Origin: Stegostoma tigrinum
Lineage: Eukaryota
Reading direction: 5' to 3'
Assembly (NCBI RefSeq): GCF_030684315.1
Contig: NC_081364.1
Coordinates: forward strand, 32,042,645 to 32,106,644
DNA: 64,000 nt
Shown: in pieces, positions 53,456 to 64,000 of the stretch
How positions within the stretch are numbered: position 1 is the stretch's first letter
Layout of the letters: every line of letters starts with the position of its first letter
Made by a program: the position numbers and the translations under genes
The notes under the pieces: model-generated
What the model saw: the letters and a program-made list of their open reading frames with translations, nothing else
What the model was told of the DNA's origin: nothing
Databases searched by the model: none

Positions 53456-53547
53456 AAACAGCCCTATTAAAGAGGTTACTTCCAATTATTAGATCTCTTT
53501 ATGTAGTGTGTAACCAAAAAGTCATGGTGGTCAGACAACAAAATATT
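53456..53547 (+). repeat. 92-bp direct repeat, copy 2
   Basis: See 51759-51850. Confidence 0.95.
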
Positions 53548-54254
53548 GCCAGAGTCTAGGGTGCACAATTTTAAGATTGTGGAAATTAAAGAATGCAAAT
53601 TAAAACACTTAAATATATAGTCTCAATAGAATTAATGTATATATATTCTGCTTATCTATGATTAAGGTCATCAGGGATTTATTGGGATATTTCCCTGCAT
53701 GTTACAACTTGATGCTCGTCACTGAAAACAAAATCAATCTCTAAACATGATATTTTCTATACCAGTCTAGTCATTCTCCACATCTGTCCCCGACCCTCAA
53801 GGTTACTTGGTGAACTGATGAATGAGCCAAGTGTTATATTTCTTCTTTGCTTACCTAAAGTTTTTAGCTTTCACTTTACAATCAACAATCCAGTAAAAGG
53901 AAAGTACACGTGAAGTTTGAGAACAGGACCAACCATTATTCAGAGGAAAAGTTAGTACATGAAAATGCACCAATTGGTGGATGGATTGTGCCCAGAATGC
54001 ATCTGCTGAGACAAACCTATTTAATTAGTTGTAGTTTATTGAAGCATTACAAGGATAATTTATCAGTATACATGCAGCCCAACAGATATAGCTTCCAAAA
54101 TACTTCAAATCTACAATTACTGAACAATTCAACACAAACAAATGTGGTTCAAAATTAACATACTTATCCACTTTCAAACACATCTCAGCAGGTGGTACAG
54201 TCCACAATAAATGGTTGTTTCAATGTTGCAAGGAGACGCAGAATTTCTACTTTT

Positions 54255-55470
54255 TCCTCAGCCATCCATCATCAACTACAGTCCCTTGCAGACGGGGATG
54301 ACTCTCTTCCACACTCATCCTGTGTCCGTAGATGGCTGTACAAACCAATGCGGCTGCCACAGGCTCTGTTATACTTGGGGCAGGTGCTGGTCATGGGAAG
54401 GGGTGGGTGGGGCGCTGGTGTGGCAACACACTCATTTTGCTGTTTTCACTTGGCTTCCATTTTTTCCCAACGGCAAGTCTCGAGGTGATCAACACCTTCC
54501 CAGATGTCCCTCGTCCACTTTGGAGGGTGTTTGGCCAACGATTCCCAGGTGTCGGTAGAAATGCTGCACTTTGCCAGTGAAGCCTTGAGCGAATCATCAA
54601 AGTGCTTTCACTGTCCACCTAGGACTTGCCAGCTATTTCAAAGCTGGGAATACAGCGCCTGCTTGGGGAGTTTCGTATCAGTCATACAGATGACATGTCC
54701 AGCCCACTGCACCCAATCAAAGGTGGTCAATGCCTCAATGCTGGGGATGTTGGTCTGGTCAAGGACATTGGTCTCTGTGTGTCTTTCTTCTCAGCAGATT
54801 CACAGGATCTTGCGCAGGTGGCATTGGTGGTACTGCTCCAGTGCCTTGGGCTGTCTGCTGTAGACAGTCCACCACTCAGAACCACAAAGGAGGATTGGAA
54901 CCACCACAGCTCTGTAAACTATGACCTTGGTGTCGGATCCAATGTTGTTGCCCTCAATACCCTTTTTCTCAAGCCGCTGAAGGCTGTGCCAGCACACTGG
55001 AGGCAGTGCTGGATCTCTTCATTGATAACTGCATTGGTCAACAGGACACTCCCATGTTATTGGAAGTGGCCAACATTCTCTAAGGCCTCCCAGTCAACCT
55101 TGATGATTGGGGGTTCACTCCACAATGCCGGGCCAGGCTGATGAAGGATCTTTGTCTTGTGCATGTTCAGGATGAGGCCCATGCTCTCATGTACATCTGT
55201 AAAGGTGCTGATGATGGTCTGTAGTACGTCCTCAGAAATTGCACATACACGACACTGGTTGGGATGACTTTGGTTTTGGCTTGAAGGCGGAGGATGATGA
55301 ATAATTTCCCACTGGTTCTCTAAATTAGTGCCACTCCAGCAGGTAGCTTGTCAGCAGGGAGGTGAGGCTTTGCAGCAAGGGAGATCGGGAACTGTGTTGG
55401 GGCGGTAATGCAGCCCTGCTTGACACTGGCCCAAACAGGGAATGGATCTGTGGTAGAGCCTATTACACAC
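54255..55470 (-). mobile_element. RTE-clade (BovB-like) LINE 3' portion, degenerate; a second short fragment at about 55993-56085
   Basis: Minus ORFs DTKVIVYRAVVVPILLCGSEWWTVYSRQPKALEQYHQCHLRKIL; 55316-55406 is similar to 55994-56085. Confidence 0.85.
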
Positions 55471-57880
55471 AGACACAAACAAAGCAAATATCAACCACTA
55501 GCTATTCTACGGCTGTTCTTTGAAGAGAGGATATCAAAACTTTTTTCTTCATTCAGCAATGAACACTTCAACCTCTCTCCAGCCAACCTCATCCTCATCA
55601 CCTTAGTGAAAGGTACCATTCTAGCTTCTAAATGAATTCCTTGCTTACAGGATCTCAATCTCCTGAATCTGTAAAGCTGGAATACCCTACTCACATGGAC
55701 AAACAGACTTTACCTGCTCCAGCCTACATGTGACTCCAGACCCAAAGCAACATAGCTAACTCTTAACTGCCCTCAAGGCAAAGGGAGATAGGAAATAAAT
55801 GATGGTCTATCTAGCGTTGTTCACATACCATGAACAAATAAAAACACAATCTAATCCATTCATTAATTTAACAATTCAAGAATCAAGTCCTCTTAGCACT
55901 TGTATTAAGTAAAAAAAACAGCCCTTCGTCTACTGTGGCAACTGACAGCCCTTAAACAAAAACGAGATGACAAGATGAATAATTTCCTGCTGATTCTCTA
56001 AATTAGCACCACACCAGCAAGGAGCTTGTCAGCAGTGAGGTGAGGCATTGCAGCAAGGTAGATTGAGAACTGTGTTGGGGCAGTGAACAAGTCATCTTGT
56101 TGCCCCCTTTTAAGCTTTCTCAGGGCTCTACATCACCATTAAATTCTTGTTCAACTTCTTGTTGCTACTGGAAGGCCAGAACTGTATACACTGTTCTAGA
56201 TGTGGATTTACCAAGGTTTTAGTCAAGGAAAGGACAGTATTGCTTATTTTAGATTAAATTTGCACTGAAACATCCCAAGGCATTATTTGCTTTTCCATTA
56301 ACTCGAGTTGTTCACTATAGAAGAGACACTTTTCAACCTTAGCAAATTTTAATATGCAGCTCTTAAGTGCATACATTTGAAGTAGACTGTAGCCAAACTT
56401 ATCACACCATTTTTAGCCACATAATTTTGCACATACATCTATTTCTACTCAATTTATTTTTCTCGTCCCTGAATCTCAGACTTGCAAATAATGCTGACTC
56501 TTGTAGAACTCCGCAGGTTTACCCTGCACAAAATCACTTGTGTTAATGATCAGTCTTTGCCACAATATCAAACTATTTCCTGTTCCTACTGAGCATGTGC
56601 CTGTCAAACTACACGACTCAATTGAATCATTGGCTTTAGGATGGTACCTTGTCAGAGAGCTTCCAAACTCAAGGTGTTGAATACTGAATAGGTTTTCAAT
56701 GTGCATAACTTTGTAGCTTTCATAAATAAATATTCAAATTTTTTGGAGCAGGGTTTTCCTCCAGGTACCATGTTAAAATTGCCAAATCACCTCTTCATGA
56801 CTAAGAGCACATCTCCGACACTCCGATAAATCCAAGCAACAGTTGACAACAAAAAACAATTAAACCGAGGGCCCTGCAAATGTCTGCTTATAACTCAGCA
56901 CATTTTAAAATGTTGGTAGCTTACAGTACTCCCTCCAGCTTGTGGCAACAATCACAGCCACAGTGTAAGCAAACATGAGCAAATGGCTCCTGGAGCACAG
57001 ATCCCATTCTTTTTGAACACACATTTACACAAGCATGGTCAAAGCACTACTTTTTTTCCACCAAATCTGCATTGACTTGGCATGTTTAGTTCAGGCATCA
57101 ACCTTATACTGCATTACTGGTAACCCAGCGCCATCTTCAGTAATGATGACAGATGCAAAGCAACCATTAAAAGCCTCATACTGCACACAGTCACCAGGAT
57201 CTGCCCTGATTGACGCCCTGCACTGTCCTCAATGGCTTACTGACACCAGGTATACATTAAGAAAAAGTCTGACTATTTTCCAATCTTCTCATGGTCCTCT
57301 TCACTTGCAGTAATTTGGCTGCTCTGCATCTCTTACTGACTTCAGTTGACTCGAATACCCATCTTTGATTAGCTTTATTTTCTTTCAACCTATACATTTA
57401 TTTTTGCTTCCATTTGGTTCATAAGACATGTTTAGTTCACCAATTTAATAGAATTCTATTTTGTACATCTTCATTCCAGAGATATAACAGCCTTGGACCT
57501 CAGGTTAAAAAAACAGATATGAGACATAGAGAAAAATACACAAATGAAATAAATAGTTTGAATTTTTTTGTATTCATTTTCCAATCAAAATCTTCACAGC
57601 TATTAATGATTCCAGGCTTGTTAATTCCAAAGGGTAGAGAGGATGAATGACAATAATTAACAATAGCCACTGTCAAGAAAAATGTATAAATTGAGTTTGT
57701 GTGTATTAATCAGGGGAAGACATGCTTCACCTTCATTTTTCAACATTCTTGTGGATTCATGGGGATATGTCTGGAGGGCTAGTTTGTATACAAGCATTTT
57801 ACTGAAGTTCCAAAACCTTGAGGGGAACAGCTCAGTATGTTAAACAAAACTATAAGGGTGCATTGACTCAGAGGAGGCAG

Positions 57881-57997
57881 CTGATGAAAGGGCTATGCTC
57901 CAAAAGCTTGCAATTTCCAATAAACCTGTTGGACTATAAGCTGGTGTTGAGAGATTTTTGAATTTGTTCACCCCAGTCCAACAGTAGCACATCCACT
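57881..57997 (+). mobile_element. Terminal fragment of a second PLE-type family with a decayed hammerhead
   Basis: ctgatgaaagggctatgctccaaaagctt followed by aataaacctgttggact...agtccaacag (internal inverted repeat). Confidence 0.55.
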
Positions 57998-58135
57998 TCC
58001 TACAGGAGGCAGAACAATCTCGAAAGTCAGTCAGTGTAGTCAGTCAGTGTAGTGCATGTGAGAGACTGAAGGTCTGTTATTTAGGGAATTCATGGGTTCA
58101 TGGTGAATTTCGAGTCACAACAGGTTTATTTTACA

Positions 58136-58333
58136 GACATAGTAGGAACTGCCGATGCTGGAGAATCTGAGATAACAAGGTGTAGAGCTGGATGAGCACA
58201 GCAGGCCAAGGAGCATCAGAGGAGCAGGAAAGCTGAAGTTTTGGGTCTGGGCCCTTCTTCAGAAATTCTTTTTCCTACTCCTCTGATGCTGCTTAGCCTG
58301 CTGTGTTCATCCAGCTCTACACCTTGTTATCTC
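58136..58333. mobile_element. Palindromic PLE mini-element (CTGAAGA subfamily) with perfect TSD
   Basis: Tailed minus arm plus tail-less plus arm; caggtttattttacag at 58121-58136 and 58333-58348. Confidence 0.9.
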
Positions 58334-59949
58334 AGGTTTATTTTACAGTTTGTTTTAGATGCCTTGTGTAACAGCTGAAGAAATAAAACCATCTCAAATG
58401 CAGAAATTTCCTGGAAGGAAAGATTAAAAGCATATTAGACGTTTCAAGAAGCTTTAGTCTGAGTTTTGAGTGTTTGCAAGGATAAAAAACAGCGTGAATT
58501 TGAATTTTTTTAGATGAAATTTCTCTAATCTCTCCATGTCTAGTGTAATATAGTCTGTTTCTTTTTCCTCTTGTCTAATAATGGTTGTCTGTCTTGTTTT
58601 AAAATTACACTGGCAACTCTTGTGAATCTGTTCAATAACTAAGAAAACCAAAATGTTAGCAAGCTAGGTTTGACTCTGAACCAGTCTTGCCCAGTGTTAA
58701 GGGCAAAGGACAGGTTGACAAGAGGAGATTTACTCGTAGAGAGCTCAAATACAAATTAGTGTCTGTTTTTCACTGGCCAGGGGCTTTACCTTTGTTGTGT
58801 GGAAACAGAGGTACCAATTAATCATACATGTTCCTCCCCTGACACTGCTATACCACTTCTACACAGATACCGATAAGTGTTTACCATTATCTTCACAAAA
58901 AAAAGGACTGGTTAACTTTGGCCAGTAGGGCAACTCAGTTAAATTTCCTCAAGCCTTCTGCTATTTTGCATACTGAGCCTATAAGGATTTGGGAATGGTA
59001 TTGGGTTGTCTAATCATGTTAAATTTGATAGTATAGCAGATTCAAAAATTGAGACAGCCACTGCTAAAATTGTGAACTTTAAAGATGTAAGATGAAAGAC
59101 TGTTTTTGACACAATAAACGGCACAAGTATTTGCAGCTTTCAGTTACAATTTTACCATACTTGTACCATTTGTTTGAATTTTTGTAAATATATTATATTG
59201 CATGGTAATTCTGCATCCACATTATTTTCCTAGGCCCTGGTTGCAAGAACAAACCCCCAGAAGGTTAGTGAAACCTGCTTCTTCCAGATCTGAAAGTGGC
59301 ACTTCAGTAATTTACAGTTTTCTAACAGGGACAGGTTGTTGAGTAAACACTTGTTACGATAATATTTGCTACGCTCATTACAATGTGACAAAGCAATTCT
59401 GAGTTAAGGGTCGCAGCTTTTTATTCGCAAACCCTTCCATAGATGTGCACATAATAACTCTTCATTATTTCAAAAAGATAAAAGATCCTGATGAATTTTC
59501 TCATGATCATGATGTCATAACAAAATTGTTGCTTCTATTAAATCAGAAAATTTGATCCGCATTAAATTTCTTCTTGGGCTCAGAACTAATAAAACACTGA
59601 ACAACAACTACATAACCAGCTGTGATGCAGTTATACAACTACATTAAAAACTCTAATGAACATTTATTCACTAACTTCATAACGCAATAATTCAACCTTA
59701 AAATTAGACATAGATCACCTCACAAGCAAATAATAATTCATGCTAAAATACAGAAAGCACTTTCCTGAACACTTTATAAAGAATAATTTCCATCAATGCA
59801 TGAACGTGTTCTTAATCCAGGAGCAGCAAACTAGTCTGTGAGCCATGGAAACCATCTTGGTAGCCATGGCCTGTCGCATTCACACCTTTCATCAGGCAGC
59901 TGAACATTGAGAGGTAGTGAGAACATGAGTAAGTAGATGATGCCCCACT

Positions 59950-60060
59950 GGGCCCTCTTGTGGCACAGTGGTAGTATCCCCACACTTGCAGTGGAGGCCC
60001 GATCTCAAGTCCCACCTGGTCCAGTGGTGTGTAATAACATCTTTACAAAAGTTGATTAGA
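59950..60060 (+). mobile_element. tRNA-derived SINE fragment
   Basis: tggcacagtggtag A-box-like; similar to 43148-43245. Confidence 0.5.
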
Positions 60061-60687
60061 GTCTTAGGTATTTTTAAAAAAACACCCCTTTAAGTAAAGA
60101 GGTCGAGTGGAAACTTTTCTCATTGACTTTATCCTGTCGACAATATATAGTAGGCAGAATCTTGAGTCTTTCTTCCACAAGGTGCGCTTGGTGGCAGGAG
60201 TCACTAAATCAGCTGCGAGTATAATGGTTGGAAACCCTGTCATTTCCTCCTTTACCCCAATTAAATCCATGGCAGGAAGGTCCATTGGTGGCATTCCAAT
60301 CTTACCATCAAATCAAGCTCTCAAGGCTTCATCTGACCACTGCTGGTATTATCCACCTGGTGGGTTCACTTTGCAGGGAGCACAACAAACAAATCCTGGT
60401 GTACTTGCTTGTAGGATCCTAAAGGGTTCTCTTGTGCAAAGGCACTCAAGGGATCCAGTATCTGCAGGGCGGGACAGAAGGGGTGAGCTCGGACCCAACC
60501 CCTGCCCTTTCTGTCAACCCATCTCCTCCTCCCATTCAAACACGGTATACCTACGTTTGCTTGTGCCTGGGAACCATCTCCATGCTAAGCCTCAAGTGGA
60601 TGCCATACCAACAAGCTTTCATCGCCTGCCAGTGGAATTGTTGCGAACAAAGTTATCGGCTTCTGATTAGCTAGCAACTGCTCGGAG

Positions 60688-60895
60688 GACAGGTAGCTCA
60701 GTTGATTGGATGGCTGGTTGCAATGTGGAGTGACACCAACTAATAGTGGGGCTTCAATTCCAGTACCAGCTGAGGACTCTCTTTTCAACCTCTCCCCTCA
60801 ACTGAGACATGGTGGCCCTAACGTAAAACGATGTTCAGTGTCTTTTCTCTAAAGAGAGAGCAGCTCTATGCAGTAGGGCTGTAGCAACTTAACTG
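60688..60895 (+). mobile_element. tRNA-derived SINE, degenerate
   Basis: ggtagctcagttg A-box and gcttcaattcc B-box-like motifs. Confidence 0.5.
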
Positions 60896-61626
60896 TTACT
60901 AACAGACAGAATCTTAGCCCCTAGGGAAAATGCTGACCTGTCAAGTGCACGAGTGGCACACAGTTGAGCTTTTTGAAAAGAAGAGATACAGTTATCTCAC
61001 CAGCTCTCCAGTTGATAGCAAGACGCCCAATGCCTCCATAAGATTCTGCTCTCCATTGTTATTATAGATAGTTTTCTGCAAAGAAAAAGACGCTGATTGC
61101 TAGGAAAAAAAAAAACTATCACTAACTACTGGTCTCAGGTCACCAATCCTCTCAGATTGCTTGGGAGTCCTCAGTCTTCTGGACGCTGCTGCTAGCAAGC
61201 CTGACAAAATTAATTTCAGGCTTTTAAAAACTGGAATTTTTGAGCTTTCTAAAAAAATAACTTTTAACAGTATTAGAGATAATGGGAACTGCAGATGCTG
61301 GAGATTCCAAGACAACAAAATGTGAGGCTGGATGAACACAGCAGGCCAAGCAGCATCTCAGGAGCACAAAAGCTGACGTTTCGGGCCTAGACCCTTCATC
61401 AGAGAGGGGGATGGGGGGAGGGAACTGGAATAAATAGGGAGAGAGGGGGAGGCGGACCGAAGATGGAGAGTAAAGAAGAAAGGTGGAGAGGGTGTAGGTG
61501 GGGAGGTAGGGAGGGGATAGGTCAGTCCAGGGAAGACGGACAGGTCAAGGAGGTGGGATGAGGTTAGTAGGTAGCTGGGGGTGCGGCTTGGGGTGGGAGG
61601 AAGGGATGGGTGAGAGGAAGAACCGG

Positions 61627-63117
61627 TTAGGGAGGCAGAGACAGGTTGGACTGGTTTTGGGATGCAGTGGGTGGGGGGGGGGAAGAGCTGGGCTGGTCGT
61701 GTGGTGCAGTGGGGGGAGGGGATGAACTGGGCTGGTTTAGGGATGCAGTGGGGGAAGGGGAGATTTTGAAACTGGTGAAGTCCACATTGATACCATATGG
61801 CTGCAGGGTTCCCAGGCGGAATATGAGTTGCTGTTCCTGCAACCTTCGGGTGGCATCATTGTGGCAGTGCAGGAGGCCCATGATGGACATGTCATCAAGA
61901 GAATGGGAGGGGGAGTGGAAATGGTTTGCGACTGGGAGGTGCAGTTGTTTGTTGCGAACTGAGCGGAGGTGTTCTGCAAAGCGGTCCCCAAGCCTCCGCT
62001 TGGTTTCCCCAATGTAGAGGAAGCCGCACCGGGTACAGTGGATGCAGTATACCACATTGGCAGATGTGCAGGTGAACCTCTGCTTAATGTGGAATGTCAT
62101 CTTGGGGCCTGGGATGGGGGTGAGGGAGGAGGTGTGGGGACAAGTGTAGCATTTCCTGCGGTTGCAGGGGAAGGTGCCGGGTGTGGTGGGGTTGGAGGGC
62201 AGTGTGGAGCGAACAAGGGAGTCACGGAGAGATTGGTCTCTCCAGAAAGCAGACAGGGGAGGGGATGGAAAAATGTCTTGGGTGGTGGGGTCGGATTGTA
62301 AATGGCGGAAGTGTCGGAGGATAATGCGTTGTATCCGGAGGTTGGTAGGGTGGTGTGTGAGAACGAGGGGGATCCTGTTGGGGCGGTTGTGGCGGGGGCG
62401 GGGTGTGAGGGATGTGTCGCGGGAAATGCGGGAGACGCGGTCAAGGGCGTTCTCAATCACCGTGGGGGGAAAGTTGCGGTCCTTAAAGAACTTGGACATC
62501 TGGGATGTGCGGGAGTGGAATGTCTTATCGTGGGAGCAGATGCGGCGGAGGCGGAGGAATTGGGAATAGGGGATGGAATTTTTGCAGGAGGGTGGGTGGG
62601 AGGAGGTGTATTCTAGGTAGCTGTGGGAGTCGGTGGGCTTGAAATGGACATCAGTTACAAGCTGGTTGCCTGAGATGGAGACTGAGAGGTCCAGGAAGGT
62701 GAGGGATGTGCTGGAGATGGCCCAGGTGAACTGAAGGTTGGGGTGGAAGGTGTTGGTGAAGTGGTTGAACTGTTCGAGCTCCTCTGGGGAGCAAGAGGCG
62801 GCGCCGATACAGTCATCAATGTACCGGAGGAAGAGGTGGGGTTTGGGGCCTGTGTAGGTGCGGAAGATGGACTGTTCCACGTAACCTACAAAGAGGCAGG
62901 CATAGCTGGGGCCCATGCGGGTGCCCATGGCCACCCCCTTAGTCTGTAGGAAGTGGGAGGAGTCAAAAGAGAAGTTGTTGAGTGTGAGGACGAGTTCCGC
63001 TTGGCGGATGAGAGTGTCGGTGGAGGGGGCCTGGTCGGGCCTGCGGGACAGGAAGAAGCGGAGGGCCTTGAGGCCATCTCCATGCGGAATGCAGGTGTAC
63101 AGGGACTGGACGTCCAT
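61627..63117 (-). CDS. PLE polyprotein, 5'-truncated but uninterrupted 496 aa: RT motifs, thumb, Cys linker, GIY-YIG endonuclease
   Basis: DVQSLYTCIPH (motif A), QTKGVAMGTRMGPSYA (B'), RYIDD (C), CNRRKCYTC, VVYCIHCTRCGFLYIGET...EH...ANHF...EQQLI. Confidence 0.9.
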   Translation of the reverse strand: MDVQSLYTCIPHGDGLKALRFFLSRRPDQAPSTDTLIRQAELVLTLNNFSFDSSHFLQTKGVAMGTRMGPSYACLFVGYVEQSIFRTYTGPKPHLFLRYIDDCIGAASCSPEELEQFNHFTNTFHPNLQFTWAISSTSLTFLDLSVSISGNQLVTDVHFKPTDSHSYLEYTSSHPPSCKNSIPYSQFLRLRRICSHDKTFHSRTSQMSKFFKDRNFPPTVIENALDRVSRISRDTSLTPRPRHNRPNRIPLVLTHHPTNLRIQRIILRHFRHLQSDPTTQDIFPSPPLSAFWRDQSLRDSLVRSTLPSNPTTPGTFPCNRRKCYTCPHTSSLTPIPGPKMTFHIKQRFTCTSANVVYCIHCTRCGFLYIGETKRRLGDRFAEHLRSVRNKQLHLPVANHFHSPSHSLDDMSIMGLLHCHNDATRRLQEQQLIFRLGTLQPYGINVDFTSFKISPSPTASLNQPSSSPPPTAPHDQPSSSPPPPTASQNQSNLSLPP

Positions 63118-63173
63118 GGTGAATATGAGGTGTTGGGGGCCAGGGAATTGGGCCCCAACACCTCATATTCACC

Positions 63174-63569
63174 ATGGACGTCCAGTCCCTGTACACCTGC
63201 ATTCCGCATGGAGATGGCCTCAAGGCCCTCCGCTTCTTCCTGTCCCGCAGGCCCGACCAGGCCCCCTCCACCGACACTCTCATCCGCCCAGCGGAACTCG
63301 TCCTCACACTCAACAACTTCTCTTTTGACTCCTCCCACTTCCTACAGACTAAGGGGGTGGCCATGGGCACCCGCATGGGCCCCAGCTATGCCTGCCTCTT
63401 TGTAGGTTACGTGGAACAGTCCATCTTCTGCACCTACACAGGCCCCAAACCCCACCTCTTCCTCCGGTACATTGATGACTGTATCGGCGCCGCCTCTTGC
63501 TCCCCAGAGGAGCTCGAACAGTTCATCCACTTCACCAACACCTTCCACCCCAACCTTCAGTTCACATAG
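63174..63569 (+). pseudogene. PLE RT fragment of the right arm with a premature stop (TGG->TAG)
   Basis: Identical start to ORF 61627-63117; ttcacatagg versus ttcacctggg in the other arm. Confidence 0.88.
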
Positions 63570-64000
63570 GCCATCTCCAACACATCCCTCACCTTCCTGG
63601 ACCTCTCAGTCTCCAACTCAGGCAACCAGCTTGTAACTGATGTCCATTTCAAGCCCACCGACTCCCACAGCTACCTAGAATACACCTCCTCCCACCCACC
63701 CTCCTGCAAAAATTCCATCCCCTATTCCCAATTCCTCCGCCTCCGCCGCATCTGCTCCCACGATAAGACATTCCACTCCCGCACATCCCAGATGTCCAAG
63801 TTCTTTAAGGACCGCAACTTTCCCCCCACAGTGATTGAGAACGCCCTTGACCGCGTCTCCCGCATTTCCCGCGACACATCCCTCACACCCGTCCCCGCCA
63901 CAACCGCCCCAAGAGGATCCCCCTCGTTCTCACACACCACCCTACCAACCTCCGGATACAACGCATCATCCTCCGACACTTCCGCCATTTACAATCCGAC

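Larger units (their letters stand above)
61275..64000. mobile_element. PLE copy D: young near-perfect palindromic insertion centred at about 63145, running off the window
   Basis: Minus arm 61275-63150 is mirrored by the plus arm from 63149 with only scattered differences; intact hammerhead at 61375-61402(-). Confidence 0.96.

Noticed and set aside
60107-60670. 187-aa ORF on the plus strand
   Set aside because: Non-ATG start, no recognisable motif, no convincing splice context; likely chance
3540-61402. Recurrent ~130-bp sequence considered as a CRISPR-like array or as the msr/msd of a retron beside an RT
   Set aside because: Copies are dispersed on both strands without regular spacers; the RT is fused to GIY-YIG in a vertebrate repeat context, i.e. 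a PLE terminus
62162-62616. Antisense and alternative-frame ORFs recurring in PLE copies
   Set aside because: Explained by the extreme C-rich coding-strand bias (few stop codons) and recent copy identity

Overview
This is eukaryotic, repeat-rich, gene-poor DNA, most likely from a shark or other elasmobranch. That call is inferred from an HE1-type tRNA SINE and the CR1/L2/RTE/Penelope repertoire. I could not support any host exon. The dominant signal is a family of Penelope-like retroelements (PLEs): reverse transcriptase (RT), a Cys-rich linker and a GIY-YIG endonuclease, resembling the Neptune clade. There are four large copies (about 1982-3677, 40011-42258, 46561-50862 and 61275->64000) and many 130-220 bp derivatives of the terminal repeat (pLTR). 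The terminal repeat carries a minimal type-I hammerhead ribozyme motif (CTGATGA-AGGGTCTAGGCCC-GAAAC-GTC). Most insertions are head-to-head inverted pairs, from about 150 bp to more than 4 kb, flanked by 13-16 bp target-site direct repeats. Their ends are consistently asymmetric: the two arms stop at two different TTATCT motifs about 33 nt apart. Short copies start 2-7 nt upstream of the ribozyme core, about 30 nt downstream of a TATTTAT box. Together these suggest dual RNA-primed integration that yields ribozyme-bearing palindromic mini-elements. The rest of the window is decayed CR1, L2-like and RTE LINEs, SINEs, a probable Tigger-type MITE and a few local duplications.
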